From positions 365,877 to 429,876 of the forward strand of contig OZ246405.1 in the NCBI GenBank assembly GCA_965231005.1: 64,000 nucleotides of DNA, read 5' to 3'. Position 1 is the first letter of the stretch. Every line of letters starts with the position of its first letter. This DNA comes from an uncultured Gammaproteobacteria bacterium (GTDB taxonomy: Bacteria; Patescibacteriota; Patescibacteriia; Magasanikbacterales; UBA922). The notes under the pieces are model-generated. The model was not told where the DNA came from and made no database searches. It saw only the letters and a program-made list of their open reading frames with translations. The position numbers were made by a program, and so were the translations under genes. Shown piece by piece: positions 8,198 through 17,677 of this stretch.

Positions 8198-9401
8198 TAG
8201 GATTCAATTTTGCTGCTTTTCTTGCTGGGACAATACCAAATATTAAGCCAATTGCTGTTGCAACACTAAGCGCGGCAACAATCGAAGCAGGTGAAATAAT
8301 AAATGAGTAATCATATCCAAGTGCTTGGACAATTTTTGCTATCAAAAATGAAATAATCACTCCAAGTAAAATGCCAATAATTCCGCCAACAATGGAAATA
8401 ACGATTGTCTCAGCTAAAAATTGAGTAAGAACATTTTTACTTGTTGCGCCTACGGATTTTCGCAACCCAATTTCCTTTGTTTTTTCTTTCACCGCAATTA
8501 ACATGATATTCATAATCCCAACACCGCCAACAAAAAGTGAAATTGCTGCAACTGCTACAAGAAAGAATTTTAAAGAATTTGTAATTGTTGTTAAGACGCT
8601 GAGTAAATCTTCAGTATTACGAATAGAAAAATCTTCATCATCATGTCGTTCAGTAAGTGTTTGTCGGATTTCCTCAATACTTTGACGGAGATATTGTTCA
8701 TCATCAATTCTAATTCGCAAAAAAGACACATGCCGAACACCAAGCAAATCACGTTGTGCTGTTGTAAGAGGGATTAATACTGCATTATCTAAATTTTCAA
8801 ATCCACTTGATCCTTTTTCTTTTAACACACCAATCACCTTGAATTGTTTTTTCTTTAACTTTACTGATTCGCCAATGGGATATTGATTTCCAAATAATTC
8901 TTTTGCTATTTCCGCACCAAGTACCATAACACGTGCACGCCCAGCTTCTTCACCTTCAGAAAAAAAACGTCCTTGATCCATTGTTCCTTTTTCTTGTTCA
9001 AGATAACTTGGGTTTGTTCCCGTATATGTCACTGCCCGTTCAACGTTTTGCCATTTTAAGATGTCATTTCCAGAAATATAGCTTGTAACAAGTCGAACAT
9101 GCTGTGCATTGTGCTTGTCGAGCAGTGCTTTTCCATCTTCATCAGTTAATGTTGTTACAACAATTCCAAGTGCTTGTGCAGGAGGTCCATTTTCTTCTGC
9201 AGCACCAGCAAGAACAGCAATTTGATCTGTGCCGCGTCGTTGAATTTGATTTGTTATAAGACTTTGTGCTCCTGCACCAACAGACATAACCAACACAACA
9301 GAAAGAATGCCAATAATAAGACCAAGCATCGTGAGCATTGTTCGTCTTCTATTTGTATGCAAATTGTCCCATGCAATTTTTATTGTTTCTTTTGGTTGCA
9401 T
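8175..9401 (-). CDS. ABC transporter permease (MacB/FtsX family), paralog
   Basis: Same architecture (EKTKEIGLRKSVGA). Overlaps the downstream permease start. Confidence 0.8.
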   Translation of the reverse strand: MQPKETIKIAWDNLHTNRRRTMLTMLGLIIGILSVVLVMSVGAGAQSLITNQIQRRGTDQIAVLAGAAEENGPPAQALGIVVTTLTDEDGKALLDKHNAQHVRLVTSYISGNDILKWQNVERAVTYTGTNPSYLEQEKGTMDQGRFFSEGEEAGRARVMVLGAEIAKELFGNQYPIGESVKLKKKQFKVIGVLKEKGSSGFENLDNAVLIPLTTAQRDLLGVRHVSFLRIRIDDEQYLRQSIEEIRQTLTERHDDEDFSIRNTEDLLSVLTTITNSLKFFLVAVAAISLFVGGVGIMNIMLIAVKEKTKEIGLRKSVGATSKNVLTQFLAETIVISIVGGIIGILLGVIISFLIAKIVQALGYDYSFIISPASIVAALSVATAIGLIFGIVPARKAAKLNPIDALRYE

Positions 9402-9405
9402 AATA

Positions 9406-9433
9406 TTGACAAAATCAAATTTTTTGGTACACT
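9406..9433 (+). promoter_or_regulatory. Sigma70-like promoter TTGACA-N16-TACACT
   Basis: Consensus -35 with an acceptable -10, 38 nt ahead of the AAGGGGG RBS. Confidence 0.5.
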
Positions 9434-9470
9434 AATCTGGCTCACGCAACAACGAATAAAAGGGGGAAAT

Positions 9471-9905
9471 ATGATCATTTTTCACCACTCCAATTCAAGT
9501 GTTAGAAGAATGGTTCTGAGAAATCTGGTTCGGAATCATGAGGGGCGAGCAGGTGTTGAGCCGGGTCAGTATGACATCCATGTTGCCGAAACAGAAGAGG
9601 AAGCTCTTGAGCTGGTTGAGCAAGGAATGCACACTGAAGCAACCACGATTCTCATTTCCAATCATCAGTCACGGAATAATCAACTCAGAAGTAAGGTGAA
9701 GAGCCTCGACACCGCTTGCATCACGATTGCCTTCTCCGCGATCCGTGTGCCTGCAGACGAGCGGCCATTCACTGACCTGGGCTTCAATGGGGACCCCACG
9801 GAGCAAATCGGTCTACTCGTCGGCTTCATGCTGCGTTTCCACTCAACAACGTCCACAGCACTCGAGTTGGAAGGGGAATATTCCTGGATTGTGGCAGTCA
9901 AATAG
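9471..9905 (+). CDS. Hypothetical protein (144 aa) with a pseudo-receiver-like N-terminal fold pattern
   Basis: AAGGGGG RBS. The beta-alpha periodicity (IIFHH ... DIHVAETEEEALELVEQ ... TTILIS) resembles a REC domain that lacks the phospho-acceptor Asp. Confidence 0.45.
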   Translation: MIIFHHSNSSVRRMVLRNLVRNHEGRAGVEPGQYDIHVAETEEEALELVEQGMHTEATTILISNHQSRNNQLRSKVKSLDTACITIAFSAIRVPADERPFTDLGFNGDPTEQIGLLVGFMLRFHSTTSTALELEGEYSWIVAVK

Positions 9906-9962
9906 TCTCGGACAAAGGGAGGTTCCTTGCGTGTTCATATCTATGCGCACGCAAGGATATGA

Positions 9963-10140
9963 ACAACTAAAAAAATTAACAACTAACAATTAACAACTAA
10001 CAATTAACAAGTTTTGATAAAATAATCCAATCTAATACCTTGAACAACATTGAGTGTTATAGTAATTCATTGAAGTACTCCTACAAATAAATAAACATTC
10101 TCTACTAAGTTGTTAATTGCTAATTGTTATTTGTTATTTA
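9963..10140. repeat. Family A stop-saturated motif, inverted pair around a spacer
   Basis: Reverse copy at 9963-10010 and forward diverged copy at 10110-10140. Confidence 0.8.
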
Positions 10141-10212
10141 GAACTCCACAAGCTTCTGTCTTTTTCTGGCATTATGACACACGTGGAAGCAATCATCCTG
10201 TACAGGATTTTT

Positions 10213-10932
10213 TTATTTTTGTAATGTACTATTTTTTGCTGCTCGTTGGTGACCATTTTTTTTATCACTTTCAATTTTTCCATCACGCAGAAACAATATT
10301 CTTCTTGCGTGTTCTGCAGTATCTTTTTCATGTGTTACCATGATTACTGTTCGTCCTTTATCATTTATTTCTTGCAAAATTTGAAGAATCTGATTTCCAG
10401 TTTTGGAATCAAGGTTTCCTGTTGGCTCGTCTGCAAACAAGATATGAGGATCGTTTACAATTGCGCGCGCAATTGCAACACGTTGTTTTTCCCCTCCAGA
10501 AAGTTGATTTGAAAAGTTATTTTTTCTATGTGAAAGTCCAACAGCTTCTATAGCTTTTTCAACAGCTTCTTTATCATTTGGATGATCACTATATACAAGT
10601 GGCAAACGAACATTATCATACACAGATGTTCGGGGGAGAAGGTTAAAGGATTGAAACACAAAGCCAATATTTTTATTTCTCATCTGTGCAAGTTGCTCAT
10701 CAGAAAAATTACTCACGTCCTTTCCTTCAAATTTGAATTTTCCACTCGTAGCAGTATCTAAAAAACTCATAATATGCATGAGTGTAGATTTCCCAGATCC
10801 ACTTGGTCCCATGATTGCAACAAATTCTCCTTTTTCAATGCTTACATCGATATGATGAAGAACCGGCGTAACAATTTCGCCGGTGACATATTCTTTGTAT
10901 AAGTCTTTTATGTCTATGAGTGAGGCTGACAT
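10213..10932 (-). CDS. ABC transporter ATP-binding protein (MacB/LolD-like)
   Basis: Walker A GPSGSGKST, signature LSGGEKQRVAIARA and Walker B ILFADEPTGNLD. Confidence 0.9.
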   Translation of the reverse strand: MSASLIDIKDLYKEYVTGEIVTPVLHHIDVSIEKGEFVAIMGPSGSGKSTLMHIMSFLDTATSGKFKFEGKDVSNFSDEQLAQMRNKNIGFVFQSFNLLPRTSVYDNVRLPLVYSDHPNDKEAVEKAIEAVGLSHRKNNFSNQLSGGEKQRVAIARAIVNDPHILFADEPTGNLDSKTGNQILQILQEINDKGRTVIMVTHEKDTAEHARRILFLRDGKIESDKKNGHQRAAKNSTLQK

Positions 10933-10941
10933 AAAGCAATA

Positions 10942-12771
10942 CTATTTTTGTTCTTTGATAAACGTGATGATTTCATCGCCCTCGGCAACTCCAGAGAGTA
11001 TTTCAATTAATCCATTGTCTCCACGGATACCATCGGTGACTTCTTTTTTATCAAATTCTGCTTTTTCTTTGTTTGTTAAAATTCTGATATATTTTTTCCC
11101 ATCTTCTCTAATAATCGATCGTTGTGGGACAATCAAAACATTATCTTTTGTGTCGGTTATAATCTGAAGATTTGCTGTCATTCCAGATCGTATAGGAAGA
11201 TCTTTTGTATCTGTAAATACAATACCTGTCTTGTAATAAATAACACCAGACACTTCTGTTTCTCCAGGTTCAATTGAAATAACTTTTCCAGCAAGTTCGA
11301 TTTCATCACCAAACGCATCGAGTGTAATCATGACTTTGTCATCAATACTTATTTTTGCAATATCTGATTCTGAAATGTCGACTTCTATACTCTTTTCTGC
11401 AGATACAAGTGTCACAATTGGATCGAGTGCAGTAACATTTTCACCAACCGACACATCAATTTTTGCAACGACTCCATCTGCAAGTGCTTTCAAAATAGTT
11501 TTATCTAATTCATGTTGTGCAGATTGGACATTTGCTTTGTTTTTATTTACATCGGCACGTGCAGTTCCTAGATCTACATCTCGAGGTCCTGCTACAAGGG
11601 AGTCATATGCTGCTTGTGACTGTCGCACATTTGCCTCTGCAATATCTATATCTGCTTGGGATTTTGTTTTTGTATTTTCAAGATCAAGCACAGCCTTGTC
11701 ATAGGCAATTTGATATCCAGAGAGACTATTTTTTGCTGTTGTTACTGCTTGAACATCGTTTGTAAGATTTGTGCTTGCAGTATTAACCGTTGTAAGTACA
11801 GTATTGATATTACTTTTGAGTGTATTCAATTCGGTTTGAGAAAGATCCAATGCAACATTGGCAGAATTTAGCATATTCTGCATATCAAGAAGATGTGATT
11901 GAGTATCTGAGATAAGTGATTTTATTGAAGGAGTAACATCATCGACATCTTTGTGTGGGCTGGCACTTTTGAGAGCAAATACTGTGGTTGAGTATTTGTC
12001 TTTTGAGTCTCTTGTTTGTCTATAACTATCTTGTGCAGTACTCAGTTTGGTTGCATCAGCATTATTAATGCCTTGCTCAAAGGCATCATTTGCTCCTGCA
12101 TTATCAATTCCAAGAATATTGTCAGATTCTGTTAGTGCATCTGAAACAGCAGTAATAGAAGATTTTAATGTGTTGATAAGATCATCGTAAGCATTATTTA
12201 CAATCTCACTATTGTCTCCTCCAGATGCAAGTTGTAAATTATTTTTTGCAGTATCAACTGCTTTTTCAGCAGCAAACACGTCTGAAGATGCAGTTGCTTT
12301 TACTTTTTCTAATGTTGCTTTTCGTTGGTCAACAAGGGCGAGTGCTTCGAGTTTGTCTTCGTTTGTTGCACCTGCAAGTTTTAAATTAAGCGCGGCTTCT
12401 GCCGATTTTAACTGTGCGACTGCTTGTGCAAGAGAACTTCGCTGCTTTACATTTTGTAGTTCTGCAATAATATCACCTTTTTTTACCTCTGCCCCTGCTA
12501 TTTTGCTTATATTTGCGACTCGTCCATTTATTTCCCATCCATATGAAATATCAAGTTCACCAGAAACAGAGCCTGTTTCACTTACAGACTGTACAAGTGT
12601 TGTTTTTTCAACAATCGTTGAAGAGATTTCTGCTTTTCCTTTGTCTCCTCCTCTTGAAAACACAAAAATAATCAACAAAATGATTATTGCGACAATCCAG
12701 AATTTTTTTGATTTAAGTAAAGCCATAATAAAATACGCTTTTAGTGTAGCGCATTTTTTGGGAACAATCAA
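10942..12771 (-). CDS. Efflux periplasmic adaptor (HlyD/MacA-like membrane fusion protein)
   Basis: N-terminal TM, long coiled-coil-rich middle and a C-terminal beta-barrel. The start may be the internal Met at 12726. Confidence 0.6.
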   Translation of the reverse strand: MIVPKKCATLKAYFIMALLKSKKFWIVAIIILLIIFVFSRGGDKGKAEISSTIVEKTTLVQSVSETGSVSGELDISYGWEINGRVANISKIAGAEVKKGDIIAELQNVKQRSSLAQAVAQLKSAEAALNLKLAGATNEDKLEALALVDQRKATLEKVKATASSDVFAAEKAVDTAKNNLQLASGGDNSEIVNNAYDDLINTLKSSITAVSDALTESDNILGIDNAGANDAFEQGINNADATKLSTAQDSYRQTRDSKDKYSTTVFALKSASPHKDVDDVTPSIKSLISDTQSHLLDMQNMLNSANVALDLSQTELNTLKSNINTVLTTVNTASTNLTNDVQAVTTAKNSLSGYQIAYDKAVLDLENTKTKSQADIDIAEANVRQSQAAYDSLVAGPRDVDLGTARADVNKNKANVQSAQHELDKTILKALADGVVAKIDVSVGENVTALDPIVTLVSAEKSIEVDISESDIAKISIDDKVMITLDAFGDEIELAGKVISIEPGETEVSGVIYYKTGIVFTDTKDLPIRSGMTANLQIITDTKDNVLIVPQRSIIREDGKKYIRILTNKEKAEFDKKEVTDGIRGDNGLIEILSGVAEGDEIITFIKEQK

Positions 12772-12789
12772 GCGTTTTTTTTCTTGATT

Positions 12790-13230
12790 TTATATAATTT
12801 TTAACTTTTTAAACCAGTATTTCCACATTTCTTCAAGTTTTAGCTTTTTCATTTCCTTTATCGTATACCATTTCAAAGATTTGGATTCTGAATAGCTTCG
12901 GTTTATGTCTCCAGTTGTCTTACATTCAAACACAAACCAGTGGTGAACATGGATATTTCTACTACAAGTATTCCAATCAATTTCTTCTTGTGACAAGAGT
13001 GTAAAGTCGACGACCTCTAAGCCAGTTTCCAGTTGGACGATCCGTTTGAGTGCTTGTTTTTTATTTTCCCATTCATCTATATGTCCAGCGGGTGCTGCAA
13101 AGCCAAAAGGAGGACTTACACGGTCAAGAAGGAGGTATGTGTCGTCTTTTTTGATAATGGCACCCACAGAGTAGTGCATTGGCTTGCCCTTTGAAGAAGG
13201 GTGTAGCTTTGGGTCTATCATACGATACAA
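12790..13230 (-). CDS. NUDIX hydrolase
   Basis: Nudix box G(5x)E(7x)R..E.TG in AGHIDEWENKKQALKRIVQLETGLEV. Confidence 0.7.
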   Translation of the reverse strand: MYRMIDPKLHPSSKGKPMHYSVGAIIKKDDTYLLLDRVSPPFGFAAPAGHIDEWENKKQALKRIVQLETGLEVVDFTLLSQEEIDWNTCSRNIHVHHWFVFECKTTGDINRSYSESKSLKWYTIKEMKKLKLEEMWKYWFKKLKII

Positions 13231-13283
13231 TAATTTGCTCTTTTTATTGTAACAAATTTTATATTTGTATCAAGCCTTTCCTA

Positions 13284-13727
13284 CTATTTTTTTAATTCTT
13301 CTTTATCTAATATTTTTACAGTCTCTTTTGCATAGTCTACCTCCTCAACATTAAATTCAATTAACATAATATCAGTCAGTGCGTGAACTTCATGATAAGT
13401 CATGGCTGGGACATATATTTTGTGATTTTCCTCGACTGTATATTCTTCTTCCTCTCCTGTCTTCACATCTTTCACAAAAATTCGTACTTTACCTTTTGCA
13501 AGAAAGAATGTTTCAGGGCTTTTACTTTCTGTTGTGCCTTTGTGGTAGTGTCTTCCACTTATAGATCCTTTGTGTCTGTTTAACACAATAATATTTTTAC
13601 TTGCTCTTACAGGAAATTCATATGCGTTTCCACGTTCATCTTCTTTTAGTGGCTCGATTTTTTCAATTTTGATTAGCATAAGATGGTTTATTTTTGTAGG
13701 TATGACTAGATAGAACACAGATAACAA
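13284..13727 (-). CDS. Cupin-fold protein (WxcM-like/sugar-isomerase-like)
   Basis: SGRHYHKG motif and a beta-rich C-terminus. Confidence 0.4.
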   Translation of the reverse strand: MLSVFYLVIPTKINHLMLIKIEKIEPLKEDERGNAYEFPVRASKNIIVLNRHKGSISGRHYHKGTTESKSPETFFLAKGKVRIFVKDVKTGEEEEYTVEENHKIYVPAMTYHEVHALTDIMLIEFNVEEVDYAKETVKILDKEELKK

Positions 13728-13850
13728 GGATTATCCAGGATTTTCACACCTGCCTGCTCCGACGCAAGGTACGGAGTCCGTATCGCTTGCGCATCGGACC
13801 GGCAGGCAGGGATCAGATCCTGGTCAATCTGTTTTGATCCTGGAAATCTG
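13713..13850. repeat. Palindromic element, split core (CCTGCCTG-insert-CGGCAGGCAGG) with AGAACACAGAT-type ends
   Basis: Core halves at 13749-13756 and 13800-13810 separated by a nested palindrome. Flanks are homologous to the elements at 25403-25506 and 27488-27600. Confidence 0.7.
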
Positions 13851-13887
13851 TGTGCTCTCTAGCAGTACCCAATTTTACATAAAAAGA

Positions 13888-14307
13888 TTACTCATATTTA
13901 TTATAAAACCTTTCCTTCAAATAATTCTCAATTCCTTTTTGGCTTGGTTCAAAGTGTGGTGTTGGCAAGTCACTCATATCATACCAATCCCATCCTTCAC
14001 ATCTGTGTGGTTCCATATTTTTTAGCTCGCCAGAATATGATTCTGCTACTAAATGAACTGACACGCAGTGGTAATCATCATTTTTATATGTCTCTAAATT
14101 ATTTGTTATTCCAATTACTTTTGGATTGATAATATCAAGATTTGTCTCTTCTTTTATTTCTCTAATAGCAGTCTCTTCAAATGTATGACCAAGTTCAACT
14201 TCTCCACCTGGAATAGAGTAGAGTCCGCCTTGTTTTCCTTTTCTTTTTCCAATTAAAATTTTTCCTTCATTGTTAAAAATCATGACTCCTACACCTACAT
14301 GAACCAT
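13888..14307 (-). CDS. NUDIX hydrolase
   Basis: Nudix box GGEVELGHTFEETAIREIKEETNL. Confidence 0.8.
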   Translation of the reverse strand: MVHVGVGVMIFNNEGKILIGKRKGKQGGLYSIPGGEVELGHTFEETAIREIKEETNLDIINPKVIGITNNLETYKNDDYHCVSVHLVAESYSGELKNMEPHRCEGWDWYDMSDLPTPHFEPSQKGIENYLKERFYNKYE

Positions 14308-14324
14308 ACTTTATACATTTAATA

Positions 14325-14353
14325 TTGACAAATAATTTTTATTATGATAGAAT
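14325..14353 (+). promoter_or_regulatory. Sigma70-like promoter TTGACA-N17-TAGAAT
   Basis: Near-consensus hexamers at ideal spacing, ahead of the AAGGGGG RBS. Confidence 0.55.
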
Positions 14354-14397
14354 TTTTGCTGTTCGTTTTTTGCGGACCAGAACACAAGGGGGTTTAC

Positions 14398-14625
14398 ATG
14401 AGGATTTTGCGTTTCATTGTACTACAGGTCAGACGACCAAGGGCAAAGCAGAGAGCCTACGATCGAGTCATCATCATGATCCGGGACCGTCGATTCGATG
14501 ACACGACGGTTCAGAACAGGCTTATCGACTACAAGTACATGGTCAATGGTGATCACGACATGCCTGCAGGCTTGGTTCAGACGGTTCGACTTCATCGACC
14601 ACACCTGGCTTTTGCGTTGCAGTAG
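14398..14625 (+). CDS. Hypothetical basic protein (75 aa)
   Basis: AAGGGGG RBS and a G+C-richer segment. An antisense ORF at 14422-14682 lacks these signals. Confidence 0.45.
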   Translation: MRILRFIVLQVRRPRAKQRAYDRVIIMIRDRRFDDTTVQNRLIDYKYMVNGDHDMPAGLVQTVRLHRPHLAFALQ

Positions 14626-14721
14626 TGCTTCAACAACATCTTTCATCTGTGTCCGAGGTCTTACGATCTCGGGCGTACTCAAAAGCAGCTTTTACAAAGG
14701 GCTGTTTTTGATTTTTAAAAA

Positions 14722-14919
14722 TTAGTCTTCATACACTTTTTGTACTCTTCCTACTTGTCCATCTTCTAGTCGCACTTTTATACCTCGATGATGTGTAGCA
14801 GAACTCGTTAAAATATCTTGAACAAACCCATATGTAATATGTCCTGTGGGTTGATCTTTTTTTAAAATGATTGCGACTTTTGACCCTTTTGCAATGTCAG
14901 ATCGTTTTGTTCCATCCAT
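14722..14919 (-). CDS. YwbE/DUF2196-like small protein
   Basis: ILKKDQPTGHITYGFVQDILT..HHRGIKVRLEDGQVGRV resembles the YwbE family. The start could be 14970. Confidence 0.45.
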   Translation of the reverse strand: MDGTKRSDIAKGSKVAIILKKDQPTGHITYGFVQDILTSSATHHRGIKVRLEDGQVGRVQKVYED

Positions 14920-14932
14920 AAATATATAAATA

Positions 14933-15391
14933 TTATTCATTATATTCAGCATCAGTCGGAAGTTGTTCAAATACTTTCATTGGCAATGTTGTAGCTCCTT
15001 CAGAAAGAGCTTTTGTTAGTCTGTGAATACCATCTATGAGCGTATTGTTGTGAACCAAAACCGGTGTCTCATAATTTACACGACGTGTTTTTGCAATATG
15101 ATGTGCCCATTCTGGATGAGCCTTTTCAACTTTTTCCCAGTCTTGTCCGCATACTGCAAAAGCATCTAATAAATCACTGGGTCCAATTGAGTTTCCGTCT
15201 GCATCTTTCCAGTACTTTCCTTTCAATATTGGTTCAAGTGCTGCAGTGTTTGATAGATCAAATTGTTCTGTGGGAAGTGATTCAGCTACAGCTTCAAGTT
15301 TTCGGACATCATAATTTTTTCCACCAAAATGTGTTAAATGTGGTTTTTGTTTTTTTGCACTGTCCGGTGCAAATGTTTTTTGTTCTCCCAT
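14933..15391 (-). CDS. Hypothetical protein
   Basis: ORF with a likely start at the internal Met, 4 nt after the upstream stop. Confidence 0.4.
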   Translation of the reverse strand: MGEQKTFAPDSAKKQKPHLTHFGGKNYDVRKLEAVAESLPTEQFDLSNTAALEPILKGKYWKDADGNSIGPSDLLDAFAVCGQDWEKVEKAHPEWAHHIAKTRRVNYETPVLVHNNTLIDGIHRLTKALSEGATTLPMKVFEQLPTDAEYNE

Positions 15392-15395
15392 ATTG

Positions 15396-15956
15396 TTATA
15401 ACTCAAATGTTTCCTTAATTTTATTAGCTGTTTCTTCTGCAGATAAATTTGTATTATCAATTCTCATATAATTGGCTTTCTTGATTTCTCCGTCTTCTGA
15501 ATTTAATCTATGTTTCGTCATTGTTTCTTTTAAATCTTTTTCTGAACGATCAAGGTTTCTTTTAGTTGGTTTTTGTTTAAGTCTTTCAGGATGTTTGTTC
15601 CGCTTCATTCTTTCACTTGCGTCAGCTTCGAGCTCTACAAAATAAACAGTACCACCGTTTGACTCAAAAATCGTAGAGACATTTTCTATATAATCCCAGT
15701 CTGATTGTTGATCAAAAGCCCATACAAACGTAAAAATAAGTCCTTCCAAATCACTTTTTGCGACTTCTTTAAAAATTTCATCACGGAAAAGGTGAACCAA
15801 TCTTTTTCCAGCATCAGAACCATAGTCAAAAAATGGAGAGACTAATTCAATGGTCATATGATTATGAAAAAGTTTTAATCCTGTTATGTTTTCTAATTCT
15901 TGACCAACTGTCATTTTACCTACAGCCTGAGGTCCCAAAATGATTATTAATTTCAT
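15396..15956 (-). CDS. P-loop NTPase (AAA-domain kinase-like)
   Basis: N-terminal Walker A ILGPQAVGKMTVG. Confidence 0.5.
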   Translation of the reverse strand: MKLIIILGPQAVGKMTVGQELENITGLKLFHNHMTIELVSPFFDYGSDAGKRLVHLFRDEIFKEVAKSDLEGLIFTFVWAFDQQSDWDYIENVSTIFESNGGTVYFVELEADASERMKRNKHPERLKQKPTKRNLDRSEKDLKETMTKHRLNSEDGEIKKANYMRIDNTNLSAEETANKIKETFEL

Positions 15957-15959
15957 AGT

Positions 15960-16436
15960 TTATATATCAATGACTTGAATGGTATGTTTCAGGAGATTTA
16001 AGAATTTTTGAAACATATCTTTTGTTAATTCTAACGAAGCAGTATTTCTGTTTGGATGAAAATTTACTATATCTGCCTCGTGCACTTCTCTATCCATATA
16101 AACATCAATTTCATTATTTTCATCATTAATGAGTCCAAATGGAGAAACAGATCCGGGAGTCAACTTCATTTTTTCTTGCAATGCTTCTTTTGACCCAAAA
16201 GAAAATCTGTCATTGACTATGTTTCCAATTTTTTTTAAGTCAGCTCTTTTCTCGGCAGGAAGTACTACTAAAAAATATTTTTTACTTTTTTTTCCTTTTA
16301 AAAATAAGTTCTTACAATCAAGACCAGGAATATGTAAATCGTATTTTTTTCTATCATCGCAGGTAAAAAGTGCTGGATGTTCGTGGAGTACGTATTCAAT
16401 TTTATTTGAAGCAAGAAAGGTTTCAATGTTGGTCAT
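15960..16436 (-). CDS. YbaK/ProX-family aminoacyl-tRNA deacylase
   Basis: Pattern KNLFLKGKK..YFLVV...R.DLKK ... PGSVSPFGL ... FHPNRNTASL matches the family. Confidence 0.65.
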   Translation of the reverse strand: MTNIETFLASNKIEYVLHEHPALFTCDDRKKYDLHIPGLDCKNLFLKGKKSKKYFLVVLPAEKRADLKKIGNIVNDRFSFGSKEALQEKMKLTPGSVSPFGLINDENNEIDVYMDREVHEADIVNFHPNRNTASLELTKDMFQKFLNLLKHTIQVIDI

Positions 16437-16682
16437 AGGTTGTTTCCTTACATCTATTTACAGTTGGCGTTTGCGAGTATATGGAGCTGTGATTTTACTA
16501 GTTAAGTATAAATTTTTATCTCACAACAAAGCTATTTTACCGTCACAAGTCAGCAATTTCAAGAGCGTCAGTTCGCTAAAAAACAGTGACACTTTTGAAA
16601 TTATTAGTATATCACTGTTTTCCTATATTGGTTGGTACGTGTTGTAGTCAGAAATTTTTACTCCAGATTTTTTATAATTTGT

Positions 16683-17555
16683 TTATCTACGCAATTGTTG
16701 GCGCAAATCATAAATTTCATAACGAGTGGTTAGATCTTGGGCTACATATTTTTCCAACCCTTGATCATGTAAGTACTTTTCTTTTGATGTTTTTTCATGT
16801 ATAGGCACTTCACTTTCAGCTATCATGTCTGCAATTTCTCCTAAATCTTTTTCTGTTGGAACGGTAAGAAGGCTCTCCACTTGAGCTCCAGCATCTTTTA
16901 ATTTTTGTCTAACATCTTCGAGTAATTTGTCAAAATCAGGATGCTTAGAGTCAGCTATATATAGCATTACTTCACCCAAGCTCTCCATGTTGCCTGCGCT
17001 GTACACTCCATATCGTTTACCCAATGTCGCTTTGAGGTGTCGCATTACTAGCTGCTTTCTGTATTCTTTCACTTCTTCTGGAGAGGCTCCATCTTCTGGT
17101 TTTTGTGGCATAGGCATGATCGCTTCAGCTTCAAGTTCATCAATTCTTTTTCGGATTGCTTCAGGGGTGTCAGTGAGCGCTTCAGGGTTGCCAGGCAAGA
17201 TCGCGGAAAGGGCAGCTTCATTGATAGGTGATGGGTCTTTGCCGGTATTGATATATCCTTCTGTCAGAAGCCATAGTTTTTGTAAACCACCATCAACAGC
17301 ACGTGGGATGTTTTCTTCACCAAGGGCTCCAATAATTTTTGCTACTTGCTCAATTACTGCGTCATCAGGTGTATCTAAACCAATTTCATTACTAGCATCA
17401 GTTAGGATAGCTCTTGCTCTTTCCATCTGATCATCGTCTGGTTCGAAATTTGCAACCCTCCTCTTCTCATCTGAACTTAATTCGCTCTGTGCTTTTGCGG
17501 TCGTGTCTCTTTGTCCCTCTGGTGGTACATATCCACCTACATCATGTCTGCTCAT
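16683..17555 (-). CDS. Hypothetical acidic protein (290 aa)
   Basis: Long ORF. No recognisable domain. Confidence 0.45.
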   Translation of the reverse strand: MSRHDVGGYVPPEGQRDTTAKAQSELSSDEKRRVANFEPDDDQMERARAILTDASNEIGLDTPDDAVIEQVAKIIGALGEENIPRAVDGGLQKLWLLTEGYINTGKDPSPINEAALSAILPGNPEALTDTPEAIRKRIDELEAEAIMPMPQKPEDGASPEEVKEYRKQLVMRHLKATLGKRYGVYSAGNMESLGEVMLYIADSKHPDFDKLLEDVRQKLKDAGAQVESLLTVPTEKDLGEIADMIAESEVPIHEKTSKEKYLHDQGLEKYVAQDLTTRYEIYDLRQQLRR

Positions 17556-17677
17556 ATTTAGTGTTAATAATAAATAATATTGATTATATAATAAATATTA
17601 TCAGCTATAATGGCAAACGACAAGAAATTATTAAAAAAATATGTTATAATCCTCACATCATTCATTAACATATATCT

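Noticed and set aside
12212-12787. 191-aa plus-strand Ser/Ala-rich ORF
   Set aside because: It lies antisense to the coiled-coil adaptor gene. It is a low-complexity mirror of that gene's Ala/Leu/Glu codons.
14422-14682. 86-aa minus-strand ORF overlapping the 14398-14625 gene
   Set aside because: It has no promoter or RBS, whereas the plus-strand ORF has a near-consensus promoter and an AAGGGGG RBS. It is kept only as an alternative.
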